From IMG/VR virus record IMGVR_UViG_3300036859_000973, positions 1 through 64,000 of that record: DNA of 64,000 nt. One strand, given 5' to 3'. This DNA is from a virus. The notes beneath the pieces were generated by a model. That model worked only from the letters and a program-made list of their open reading frames with translations. It was not told the origin of the DNA and ran no database searches. Below are positions 47,652 through 56,574 of this stretch, one piece after another (the first letter of the stretch is position 1; each line of letters begins with the position of its first letter). The position numbers and the translations under genes are program-made.

Positions 47652-48844
47652 GCTCCTGCTGGTTGCTTCTCTGCGACGGCGATGGCGGTGTCCATCGCCG
47701 CGTCCTTTGGCAGCGCCTCGAAGAAGACGCTGATGTCCCTGTCCGTGATGTCGCGCCGCTGTCCCGGCGGGAAGAGGGCGAGCTTCGAGTCCATGACTTC
47801 GACCCAGAAGTGGTCGTTGGACTCCCCCTTCCGCGTCTCGCTCTCCCGCGTGTGGTCGAACTTGAGACGCGCGTGGTAGTTCCGTGCGATGTCGCTCGCC
47901 GCTCCCGATGCCAGCCACTTCGGAGGCACGATGTCCTTCGTGATCCTGGTCTTGTGCCGTCCATCGGGGCCGGTCTCGCCGGTCTCCTCGACCGTGGTGC
48001 GCTCCTCGTCGCCGTAGCCGCTGAGCGCGAAGAAGCCCTTGGCGACGCGGCGGGCCTTGGCCTCGATGAGCTTGCAGTTCCGCGCGCGCGACTCGTACAC
48101 GCCGAGCGCGTTCTTGCCGAGGTCGCTGTTCTTGGCCGCAGGATCGAAGCCGAAGTCGTGGCGGCCCTTCGTGACGCCGACGTTCTCCCAGAGGGCTTGG
48201 AAGTGGTCGAGGATCACCGACCATCCGTCGTTGCGCTGCTCGATCTTCTCCAGGAGCGCCATCGTCGTGCCGATGACGACCTCGCCGGTGACGGTGTTGT
48301 TCGGGTCGAAGCCGTCGTAGATCTTCTTGACGGTGCCATCGGGCAGCTTCTTGAAGTGGCGCCGGCACGGCTCGGCGAGCTTGATCTTGTGCTTGGCCTT
48401 GAGTTGGTCGTAGGTCATCCCGAGTTCGCTGGCCCGCTTCTCCAGAGCCTCGCGCGTCGTCTCGTCGAAGGAGATGACGTAGGTCCAGTGGCCCTCGGGT
48501 GGGATCGGCAAGCCCAGGATCAGGTTGCACGACTTTCCTGATCCCTTTGGTCCCTCGACGATGAGCCCGATGGCGCGCGAGACCTCGATGTTGGCGGCCA
48601 TCTCGTCCTCGAATCCGATCTGGAGGCCGCCGTGGACGCGCAGGAGGCCGCTGACGCCCCTCTGCGGGCCCGCGGTGGGCGTCATGGCCGAGGGCAGGTC
48701 CTTGGCCTGCGCCGCCGCGGGCGCCGCCTGGGCCGCCTGCGACGCGCTGGCGATGGCGGGCTTGGGCGCGGGCGCTGACGGGGGCGCCTTCGGGACGTAC
48801 AGCGCCGGCTTCTTGGCCTGCTTTGGTGCCTGTTCCTCGGCCAT
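47648..48844 (-). CDS. AAA_24/Sak4-like (RecA-fold) ATPase
   Basis: IVEGPKGSGKS, VISFD, VILDHF; adjacent to the SSB-like gene. Confidence 0.7.
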   Translation of the reverse strand: MAEEQAPKQAKKPALYVPKAPPSAPAPKPAIASASQAAQAAPAAAQAKDLPSAMTPTAGPQRGVSGLLRVHGGLQIGFEDEMAANIEVSRAIGLIVEGPKGSGKSCNLILGLPIPPEGHWTYVISFDETTREALEKRASELGMTYDQLKAKHKIKLAEPCRRHFKKLPDGTVKKIYDGFDPNNTVTGEVVIGTTMALLEKIEQRNDGWSVILDHFQALWENVGVTKGRHDFGFDPAAKNSDLGKNALGVYESRARNCKLIEAKARRVAKGFFALSGYGDEERTTVEETGETGPDGRHKTRITKDIVPPKWLASGAASDIARNYHARLKFDHTRESETRKGESNDHFWVEVMDSKLALFPPGQRRDITDRDISVFFEALPKDAAMDTAIAVAEKQPAGA

Positions 48845-48854
48845 GATGCACACC

Positions 48855-50183
48855 TCAGATCTTCGTCGGGTCGGTCAGCGGTGCCGCGGGCGTCGCCCCG
48901 AACTCTTCCAGGTCCAGTTGCTTCGCCGCGAGCGCGAAGGGGTCGTCCTCCGCGAGCCTGCGGCCACCGATCTGGTTGAGGAACACCACGAAGGCGCCCT
49001 CGTTGTTCACGCGGTGTTCCCCGGCCTTTGTGGTGTAGTGGTGCTCGACGCAGTCCATCCACGGCGTCTTGCCCTGCTCCGTTGCGAGTACCATGAACTT
49101 CCACTCGCGCCGCCCCGTGTCCTTGTCCACCTCCTCGACGATGTCGTACACGTTGTAGTTCCCGATCCTCACGAAGAGTGGCTGCTCTACGGTGCCATCG
49201 GGGCGTTCGACCGTGTAGTCCTTCAGCACGAGGGCCTTCAGCTTCGTAGCATCGGGCGCAGTCTGGCGCGTCTCGCGGATCAGGCCCTTGGCCGAGAGAT
49301 CAGCGATGGCCTCTGTCGCCACGCCCTCGTCGAAGTCCTTGACGCTCTTCGGGTGGAAGAGGCCGAGCTTTCCGTACACGGCGATGGGCTCGCCGTGCAG
49401 GACGTCGCGGAACTCCTCGCGCATCTGGCGGATGCTGTCCTCCTCGCCCATGTTGAACTGGATGTTGAAGGTCTCGCAGACCTGGTCGATGGGCAACTTG
49501 AGGCTCATGGCGACGCCGCGCGCGTCGCGCGCGATGGACTTCAGGACCGGCACCTTGCTGAAGCCGCCGGGGCCGAAGAAGCTGACATCCTCGCGCTCGC
49601 CGATGGTCAGCGTGGCGAAGACCATGTTCTTGCCGCTCTCGCCGAACATCGTGCCGCGGGCGTCAGCGCCGATGGAGCGCGTGTTCTTGGCGCGCTCGAC
49701 GGCGCCGCCGATCGAGACGTCGGGCACCATGGCGTCATGGTCGTGCGGCATCGCCTTCGTGGTCTTGGGGATCACGACGACGTCCTCGGTGCCGAGGTAG
49801 ATGTCCTCGCGGATGTTCACCGGGCCGGCGCTGATGCGCTGCATGACGCCGGCGCCGTCCAGGGGCGGGGCGCCCCAGAGCGTGAGCACCGTGCTGTCGG
49901 CGAGGAGCACGCGCGGCTGGTGGCCCACGACGGTGGTCTTCCGCGTCGTCTTGTCGAACTGGCGGTTCGGGGCGTTGTCGATGAAGAACGCCGGCACGCC
50001 CTCGACCTGCTTCATCTTGTAGCGCAGGCCCTTCTTGAGCACGACGCCGGTGTCCTTGAACGTCGTGAAGGCCGTGTTGAACTCCTTCGTCTTCTTGAGA
50101 TCCTGGATCGTCTTCACGCCGTAGGCCTCGCAGGCCTTGGCGATGATCTCCTTCGGGGTCAGATTCAGTTCGTCGTCTGCCAT
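48855..50183 (-). CDS. RPA-like OB-fold ssDNA-binding protein
   Basis: VLLADSTVLTLWG OB-fold pattern; lies between primase and ATPase. Confidence 0.5.
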   Translation of the reverse strand: MADDELNLTPKEIIAKACEAYGVKTIQDLKKTKEFNTAFTTFKDTGVVLKKGLRYKMKQVEGVPAFFIDNAPNRQFDKTTRKTTVVGHQPRVLLADSTVLTLWGAPPLDGAGVMQRISAGPVNIREDIYLGTEDVVVIPKTTKAMPHDHDAMVPDVSIGGAVERAKNTRSIGADARGTMFGESGKNMVFATLTIGEREDVSFFGPGGFSKVPVLKSIARDARGVAMSLKLPIDQVCETFNIQFNMGEEDSIRQMREEFRDVLHGEPIAVYGKLGLFHPKSVKDFDEGVATEAIADLSAKGLIRETRQTAPDATKLKALVLKDYTVERPDGTVEQPLFVRIGNYNVYDIVEEVDKDTGRREWKFMVLATEQGKTPWMDCVEHHYTTKAGEHRVNNEGAFVVFLNQIGGRRLAEDDPFALAAKQLDLEEFGATPAAPLTDPTKI

Positions 50184-50187
50184 GTTG

Positions 50188-51009
50188 CTACCGTCCTGTC
50201 GGGCATTGTTCGCACGTCATGTCTAGGCCCACGGTCGATTCCGGTCCCGGGAGGCACTGCGGCCCCCGGGGGCACCGGCCGAAGGTCACGGCCACGGTCG
50301 CGTGGAGCGCTCCCGGCGGCCACTCCGCGATCGGGAGCCGCGTCGGGATCACCACGCCAGCCTGCTTGTACGCCTCGTCACGATCGAGCGGGAGCCTGCG
50401 GTAAGGGCCTGGGCCGAAAGTCCACAGGGTCTTGCGGCGCCCCTTCTTGGCTGCGCCGAACTCGCGCACCTGCCGCGCCTCGTAGTTCGGCGCGACGCAC
50501 ACGGGATCGACGATGACGCCGCCGTCGGCGAGGGATTGTTCGAGACCGAGCCGCTCGTTGCAGGCTCCTACAACCGTGTCTGCGAAGGCCTTCCGGTCAA
50601 GGCCGTTGGGGTGGAGGAACGTTTCGGTATGGGTGCCAACCCCACCAGTTAATGCCCCCCAGTATTCCAGTCGAAATCCATGGGGCGCCATCCACGCGGC
50701 CCACTCGTTGAGGACATCCCACAACATGTGGGTGTCGCGCACAGTACGATCCCAAGCGGTATGATCGCCGACGTCGAAGACCACTTGGTTGGCAAGGACG
50801 CAGCGAAGTTGGTATGCGATCTCGGTGGGGCTCTCGATGTGCCGCCACTGGCGCGGGTGGCCCGCGGCGTCGGCATCGCCGACCCGGATGCGCGGCGGGC
50901 CCGGCGTGCCCTCGGGCCGGCTGAAGAACTCCTCGGCGAGGAGAGCTTCGGCGAGCGCCGTGCGATGGGCCTCGAAGATTACGTCGCTGCGGAAGCCGAA
51001 GCGGGTCAT
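50188..51009 (-). CDS. priS: Archaeo-eukaryotic primase catalytic subunit (divergent)
   Basis: VVFDVGD, TGGVGTH, VDP...RQVREFG; C-terminal Cys cluster. Confidence 0.7.
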   Translation of the reverse strand: MTRFGFRSDVIFEAHRTALAEALLAEEFFSRPEGTPGPPRIRVGDADAAGHPRQWRHIESPTEIAYQLRCVLANQVVFDVGDHTAWDRTVRDTHMLWDVLNEWAAWMAPHGFRLEYWGALTGGVGTHTETFLHPNGLDRKAFADTVVGACNERLGLEQSLADGGVIVDPVCVAPNYEARQVREFGAAKKGRRKTLWTFGPGPYRRLPLDRDEAYKQAGVVIPTRLPIAEWPPGALHATVAVTFGRCPRGPQCLPGPESTVGLDMTCEQCPTGR

Positions 51010-51010
51010 C

Positions 51011-51808
51011 TCAGGCCTCCTCCACCCGTGGCGCGATGAGTCCTAGGAATCGGAGATGCTCGTCGGCGTAGCGAAAGGCGATCGGCACGTCGTTGCCGAA
51101 GAGGATCTCGATCTGGCGCTGCGGGAAGCAGGCCACCATCTGGTTGAGCACGTCAATCCCGAGACACGTCCGGATTCCCTCGATCTCCTTCGGGACGCCA
51201 TCGGCGCCCGGCAGCGGCACGACATCGTCCATGTCGATGGTAGCACCCGTGCCGAGGGAGTCGTCCTTGGACTCGATGACCAGCTTGCCGTCCTTGACGG
51301 TGAAGATGATGAGGCTCGCGCGGTCGCGGCTCTCCGTGCCGAGCTTCTCGGCCGTCGTCGCGAGGAGCTTGATCTGCTTGGCGTCGAGCCGCGTCATGGC
51401 ACGCAGATCGAGCTTCTCGATGGGCGGGATGTTCTTGATGTTGGGGCCGTAGGCGTCGAGGGGGCGCTCGACGCGCACGCGACCGCAGCGCATGACCATC
51501 TTCTTGCCGTGATCCATGAAGACGGAGACGTCGTCCTCGATGCCCAGCTTGCGCACGCTCTCCAGGAACGTGGCGGCGTGCGACAGCGGGACGTAGAAAT
51601 CCGTTCCTTCCGGCGGGCCGATCCACTCGAACTCCTTGAACGCGCCGCGCGCCATCTCGACGCTGATGAGCATCACGCTGGCGTGGTCGCTGAGCGCCGT
51701 GCGGATTCCCTTGTCGTCCACGCGGACGGCTGCGACGTCGTGGAGCTTCGACGCGAGAACGAAGGCTTCCTCGAATCGGAAGGCGGGCGCGATGAGCGAC
51801 AGGGGCAT
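51011..51808 (-). CDS. pcn: PCNA sliding clamp
   Basis: GIRTALSDHASVMLI...AFKEF; IEILFGNDVPI...LIAPRVE; 265 aa. Confidence 0.92.
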   Translation of the reverse strand: MPLSLIAPAFRFEEAFVLASKLHDVAAVRVDDKGIRTALSDHASVMLISVEMARGAFKEFEWIGPPEGTDFYVPLSHAATFLESVRKLGIEDDVSVFMDHGKKMVMRCGRVRVERPLDAYGPNIKNIPPIEKLDLRAMTRLDAKQIKLLATTAEKLGTESRDRASLIIFTVKDGKLVIESKDDSLGTGATIDMDDVVPLPGADGVPKEIEGIRTCLGIDVLNQMVACFPQRQIEILFGNDVPIAFRYADEHLRFLGLIAPRVEEA

Positions 51809-51826
51809 GTGCGTGTATCCCGGACC

Positions 51827-51851
51827 TACATACGTTGTCCAAGTGTATAAA
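51827..51851 (-). promoter_or_regulatory. Archaeal TATA box (TTTATACA) followed by operator-like CTTGGAC-AAC-GTATGTA
   Basis: TATA box 36-43 nt upstream of the PCNA ATG; motif shared with other loci. Confidence 0.75.
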
Positions 51852-51879
51852 GGCTTCGTCTCGACCGGAAGTGAAGGCC

Positions 51880-53628
51880 TCACTGGGCGCGTCGCTCGCG
51901 GCGGTGGACCTTGACCTCGCGTCTGACGGCAGCCTTGATCCGGTTGAAGCCGAGGCGACACGCATCGGCCCTATCGTCGTGAAACCGTCCTTCTGCCGTG
52001 AACATGAGGAACTCTTGGATCGTGTCCTTGTCCTCGTATTCGAGGAGGAACTCGCCCCGCATCATGGCCTGGAGCAGGCCGCTCTCGACGAGGGCCGTGT
52101 CCTTGTCGGCTTGACCCTTCTCGACGAGGAGCGGCAGGATCTCCTTGGATTGCTGGTGGACTTGCTGGGCGTAGGCCTCCTGGAAGCCGATGCCCTCCGT
52201 CACGACGTTGGCTGGCTGGCGTATCCACGGGTGGCGATAGAGCGACTCCATCATCTTGCACACCTCGGGGAAGTCCCAGCGCGAGGCGCGCACGCGCGCG
52301 TACACCTTCTTGTCCCTCGTGCGCACGAGCATCGCGACGGCGGTGCGGTCGTGGCGGCGCTTCTTGCCGATGGCGTGGTCCCAGGCGTGGATCTCCATGA
52401 CGACGTCGTCCGGCTTCGGCGGCGGCACGATGGAGACGCTGTTGTATTCGCTGGGCTTGCCCACGAGCGCGGCGTCCGAACTCCAGAAGCGCAACATCTC
52501 CTTCGTGACGCGCTGCTGCGACGGCGGCACGAAGAAGAGCATCTGCTGGGTCGTGAAGGAGACGGCATCGCGGAGGTACTTCTCGTGCAAGAGCCACTCG
52601 ACGCTGCGGTGGACCCCCCATTCGACGTAGTGCTCCTTCGTGCCGGGGCAGTTGCCGGTGCCGAGCAGGCACGGCCAGAGCGCCTCCAGGCTCCGTCCCT
52701 TCTCGGTCATCGTGACCCACGTCCGCTCGCCGCTCTCGTTGAGGATCTCCTCGAAGTCGCCCTGCGCCTCCTCGGAGCCCATGGTCGGGAAGCGGCTCAG
52801 GGCAGGGCGCTTCACGACGTAGAAGCCCCCCTTGGCGAGACGATCGTTGGTGTCGTCCTCGTACTGCGGCGTGCAGAGGCTCCACACCGTTGCGCCGGGA
52901 TCGAGCGTGCCGAACAGGGTGTTCTGGCACCACTCGTACTGGACGTTGCGGAGATGCTGCGTGCGCGAGTTCTTCGGCGTCACGATGTCGTCGAGCTTGG
53001 TCTTCTTGGGGTGGAGGCCTTGGAGCGCGCCACCGACGCCGATGGCCAGGATCGTCGGGTTCTTGCCGATGCTGCCGGCAGCGGGGATCACGATCTTGTC
53101 GCCCGCCCACGTCGTCGAGAGTTCATGGAGCGTCTCGCCCTTCGGGCCGTGGAAGGCCGCGTCGATGAGGCGCCCTTGGCCGCCCGAGTCGATCGTGTTG
53201 CGCACCGCGTTCATGGTGAGCGTGGCGGCGTCGGCCGTCTCCTGGACGATCAACTCGCGCGGGTCGCGGTACTTGCTGTCGGGGAGGATGGCGTAGCAGA
53301 CGTCGTGGACCGTGTCAGCGATGGCATACGTCTCCGACTTCGAGTGCGAACGCGGCAGCATCACGACGACGTTGTCGCGACCGCGGACTTCGCGATCGAC
53401 GTTGATCATGAATGGCACGACGTCCTTGCCAAGGAAGATGTGTGCGAAGAGCAGGACGTTGTCCTCGCATAGGACGGTGGCGCGAGCCACGCCGTCCTGC
53501 TGCTTCTCGACGCGCTCGCTGAGCAGGCCATCCATCAGCTTGTCGTAGTCGGCGTGGCCGATGAGGCCGTGGCGGACCGCGGCTGGGATGCGGCGGATTT
53601 CTGGGAGATCGGTCGGATGCTGGATCAT
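51880..53628 (-). CDS. terL: Terminase large subunit
   Basis: VMLPRSHSKSE, GALQGLH...KLDDIV, AWDHA...HDRTA, HDDRADA. Confidence 0.9.
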   Translation of the reverse strand: MIQHPTDLPEIRRIPAAVRHGLIGHADYDKLMDGLLSERVEKQQDGVARATVLCEDNVLLFAHIFLGKDVVPFMINVDREVRGRDNVVVMLPRSHSKSETYAIADTVHDVCYAILPDSKYRDPRELIVQETADAATLTMNAVRNTIDSGGQGRLIDAAFHGPKGETLHELSTTWAGDKIVIPAAGSIGKNPTILAIGVGGALQGLHPKKTKLDDIVTPKNSRTQHLRNVQYEWCQNTLFGTLDPGATVWSLCTPQYEDDTNDRLAKGGFYVVKRPALSRFPTMGSEEAQGDFEEILNESGERTWVTMTEKGRSLEALWPCLLGTGNCPGTKEHYVEWGVHRSVEWLLHEKYLRDAVSFTTQQMLFFVPPSQQRVTKEMLRFWSSDAALVGKPSEYNSVSIVPPPKPDDVVMEIHAWDHAIGKKRRHDRTAVAMLVRTRDKKVYARVRASRWDFPEVCKMMESLYRHPWIRQPANVVTEGIGFQEAYAQQVHQQSKEILPLLVEKGQADKDTALVESGLLQAMMRGEFLLEYEDKDTIQEFLMFTAEGRFHDDRADACRLGFNRIKAAVRREVKVHRRERRAQ

Positions 53629-54902
53629 GGGCTCTCCCCCTTGCTGGTGCGGCGACGATGGGGATAGCGCTGCCTTGGCCACCCCAACACATCGCGCAGC
53701 GCGTTTGCCTCCGCTGCAAGCTCGGTTTGGATGAGCGCGAGCGGCGCGTTGACTTGCACAAGCGCTGGTTCGTAGAGGGCCAAGCGCTCATCGTCCTCGA
53801 TGCGCCGCAGTTTCTCGGCTACTTCCGTTTCCGTCATCATGGTTTCGTGTCTCCCGTCCCACTGGCTCGCGTAGCAGCCCGCAGTCCGGCGTGGCTGCCG
53901 TGGACGGGGCAGGGCGCGCAGGTGCTTGTGGCCTTGACGTTGCAGGTGCAGGTTGTCCACGCGGCGAGCGCGCAGGGTCCTGGGTCGCACATCTACGCTC
54001 CCTCCTTCCCGCTGGCGCTGAAAGCTCCCACGCCGCGCCGTGCCTGCATCATTGGAGAATCGTATAGCGCGCCCGTGGCCGTGTTCTCCGCGTAGATGAA
54101 CCGCGAGCCGCACTCCGGGCACGGCGGATCGGGAGGCCCATAGTCCAGCCACTCGAAACGGCAATCGTCGCAAGTTAGCGACCAGTCGCTCATGGCGACC
54201 CTCCCGTCCCGCTGGCGCGCTCGATGGGGCGCGGCGCATCGTTGTGGCGCAGGACGCCCAGCATCTTGACCGCGTAGCGCGGCGGATTCTGGACCATCAC
54301 GCCTGTGAAGCGGGAGGCGTAGTAGCTGGTCTTGCCGAGCGTCAGGAGCATGAACGGTTCGTCGCGCCACCACGCGACGAGCCATCCACGCGGTAGCTTC
54401 AGGTTCCGTGTCACGCTCATGGCTTCGTCCCTCCGCTCCCGCTGGCTCGCGGCGGGCAACACGGCTCGTCCGGCGCGGTGCTCCTCACCCGATGTGTTTC
54501 GCAGTAGTACCACCCTCTCTCGGAGAGACTCGGCCGAACCCGGCAGGGCTCCACGCTCACCGCCTCCGCCTCGACTTCCTCTGCATCCGCTCTCCTGGGG
54601 CGTTGTTCCACCACCACACCTCGCAACCCTGCCAGGGATCGCACATCGCTCATCGCCTCCGCTCGGAACGGTCGCGTAGCTGCCACATCGGGATGGGCGC
54701 ATATCCGGGCCAGGGCGCCTTCGTCACGAGGCGGGACTCCATGGTCGGCGGCTCCCAGCCGCGACGCCGCCAGCGGCGGTCATCGTCGCTCATGGCGTCT
54801 TCCCCCTCCCGTTGGAACGCTCGCGGGATGAAGAACCACGAACGACTCCGAGGCGACCGTTCGCCGCGGCCGCGTCCCCGCGAGGGGGTGGGGATTGGAA
54901 CA

Positions 54903-55451
54903 TCATGCCGTCAACTCCAAATTGGACCGGAGCCTGGCAACGTAGGGCGTCCAGTCCTTGCCCGTCCTCAAAAACCAGGAGGGGTGAGGAACGAGGAAGG
55001 TGGGCTGGTCGAGCCCTCCGAAGTGATCCGTGGCGTGTTCTGCGACGCGACCGACGGCCACGATGGCGCGCGGTTCGGAGAGCCGGACGATCTCGTTGAG
55101 CCACGGCCGGCACGCGCTGATCTCGCTGACACGGGGCGCACGGAAGTGGGCATCTGCGAGGTCGCGCGGCATGCAGGCCACGGCGTTGCAGAGAAGCCAG
55201 CCGTCGGCCGCGAGGCCGAGATAGCCATCGAGCCACGTCTGGAGAAGCTTCCCGGCACGTCCGATGAAGGGCTCGCCGGCCTTGATCTCGTCCGGGCCCG
55301 GCGCCTCGCCGACGAAGAGAACAATTCCCTTGCGGAACGAACCACGCCATGGCGCGTGCAGGCCTGGCATATGGCCAAGGAGACAGCGCGTGCAGACGAG
55401 GATCTCTTGACGGAGGTTCTCGACTTCGAGCGCCCACGAGGCATCGGTCAC
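54903..55451 (-). CDS. udg: Family 4 uracil-DNA glycosylase
   Basis: CTRC, VGEAPG..E, PFIGRAGKLL, NAVAC.P, ACRPWL, HPS. Confidence 0.93.
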   Translation of the reverse strand: MTDASWALEVENLRQEILVCTRCLLGHMPGLHAPWRGSFRKGIVLFVGEAPGPDEIKAGEPFIGRAGKLLQTWLDGYLGLAADGWLLCNAVACMPRDLADAHFRAPRVSEISACRPWLNEIVRLSEPRAIVAVGRVAEHATDHFGGLDQPTFLVPHPSWFLRTGKDWTPYVARLRSNLELTA

Positions 55452-56539
55452 GCCTCGACCTCTGCGACCCCGCGGACGAGTGGGTAGCGATAGGGCTTCT
55501 TTGTTCTGATGAATCCATCGAGCCCCGCCTCGCGCAGCGCCTTGATGTCGGCGTACTGGTCGTTGTCGCGGTTCACGACGGTCGCGGTCCAGCCGCCGGC
55601 GACGCCCTGCTTCTTGGCTTGCTTGTCCTGGATCTCGATGCAGATCAGTTCGCCGATGCGGCGCTTCTCGTCGATGGCCTCGTCGGCGATCTTGGCGAGC
55701 TTGTGGTACGCCGCGAGGTTCGTGGCGAGGTCGCCCGTTCCATCGGCAAGCTCCTCGAAGTCACGCAGGTACTCGGTCGGGTGCTCCTTGTCCCACGCGG
55801 CCGCGATCTCGGGATCGTCGGCCTCGACCGCGGACGCGATGGCCATCGCCTTGCTGACGTAGAAGTCGAGGATCTCCTGGACCTGCTCCATCGTCATCGG
55901 GAACTCGCGGATGATGGTGGGGTCGCCGCCGCGCTCTCCGTTGTTGCCGTCGAGCGGCTGGTCCGGCACGACGACCACGACGACGCCATCGGGGACGTAG
56001 CTGCGGAGCCAGTCGAAGTGGGCCGTCTGGTCCGGATGCCACGCAGCGACGGGGAAGACGTACACCTCGCGATCCGGGCGCTCGGAGAAGGCGGCGTGGG
56101 CCTCCCACCACATCGCCGCGAGCCCGAGCATGGCCTGGCGCTTGGCGCTCTCGATCTTCGCCGTCGAGGGCGTGCCGTGCGACTTGTGCTCTTGGACGAC
56201 GACCTTGTCGTCCACGACAGAGACGGCGTCGGGATGGATCACGAGCCGCCAGCCGGCGACGGAGAGTCCGATCTCGGCGTGGACCTCGGAGCAGTCCGCG
56301 TCGGCGAGGCTGCCGCCGGCCAGCGTGTTGCCCTTGTAGCTCCAGAACTTGTTGCCGGACGTCGGTGCCACCTCGCCCCGCTTCTGTGCGAGGATGCGCA
56401 GCGCGTAGTCCGCGGCCGTGAGCTTCACGATGGTCGAGCCGCCGATGTAGCGACCTTCCCACTCAGGCTGGTGGACGTTCCCGGTTGGACGATGCCTAGC
56501 TCTGATCCGGTCGGCGACGGTCTTGACGGACATCGACAT
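55448..56539 (-). CDS. YqaJ/lambda-exonuclease-like PD-(D/E)XK nuclease
   Basis: IGGS, HPDAV, QEHKS, Q motif. Confidence 0.7.
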   Translation of the reverse strand: MSMSVKTVADRIRARHRPTGNVHQPEWEGRYIGGSTIVKLTAADYALRILAQKRGEVAPTSGNKFWSYKGNTLAGGSLADADCSEVHAEIGLSVAGWRLVIHPDAVSVVDDKVVVQEHKSHGTPSTAKIESAKRQAMLGLAAMWWEAHAAFSERPDREVYVFPVAAWHPDQTAHFDWLRSYVPDGVVVVVVPDQPLDGNNGERGGDPTIIREFPMTMEQVQEILDFYVSKAMAIASAVEADDPEIAAAWDKEHPTEYLRDFEELADGTGDLATNLAAYHKLAKIADEAIDEKRRIGELICIEIQDKQAKKQGVAGGWTATVVNRDNDQYADIKALREAGLDGFIRTKKPYRYPLVRGVAEVEA

Positions 56540-56550
56540 CCTTCATCACC

Positions 56551-56574
56551 TACATACGTTGTATGTATATTTAA
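56551..56574 (-). promoter_or_regulatory. TATA box (TTAAATA) plus perfect palindrome TACATAC-N3-GTATGTA
   Basis: Directly upstream of the exonuclease gene. Confidence 0.75.

Noticed and set aside
55448-56539. Cas4
   Set aside because: Lacks the four-Cys Fe-S pattern; motifs fit a YqaJ/lambda exonuclease better.
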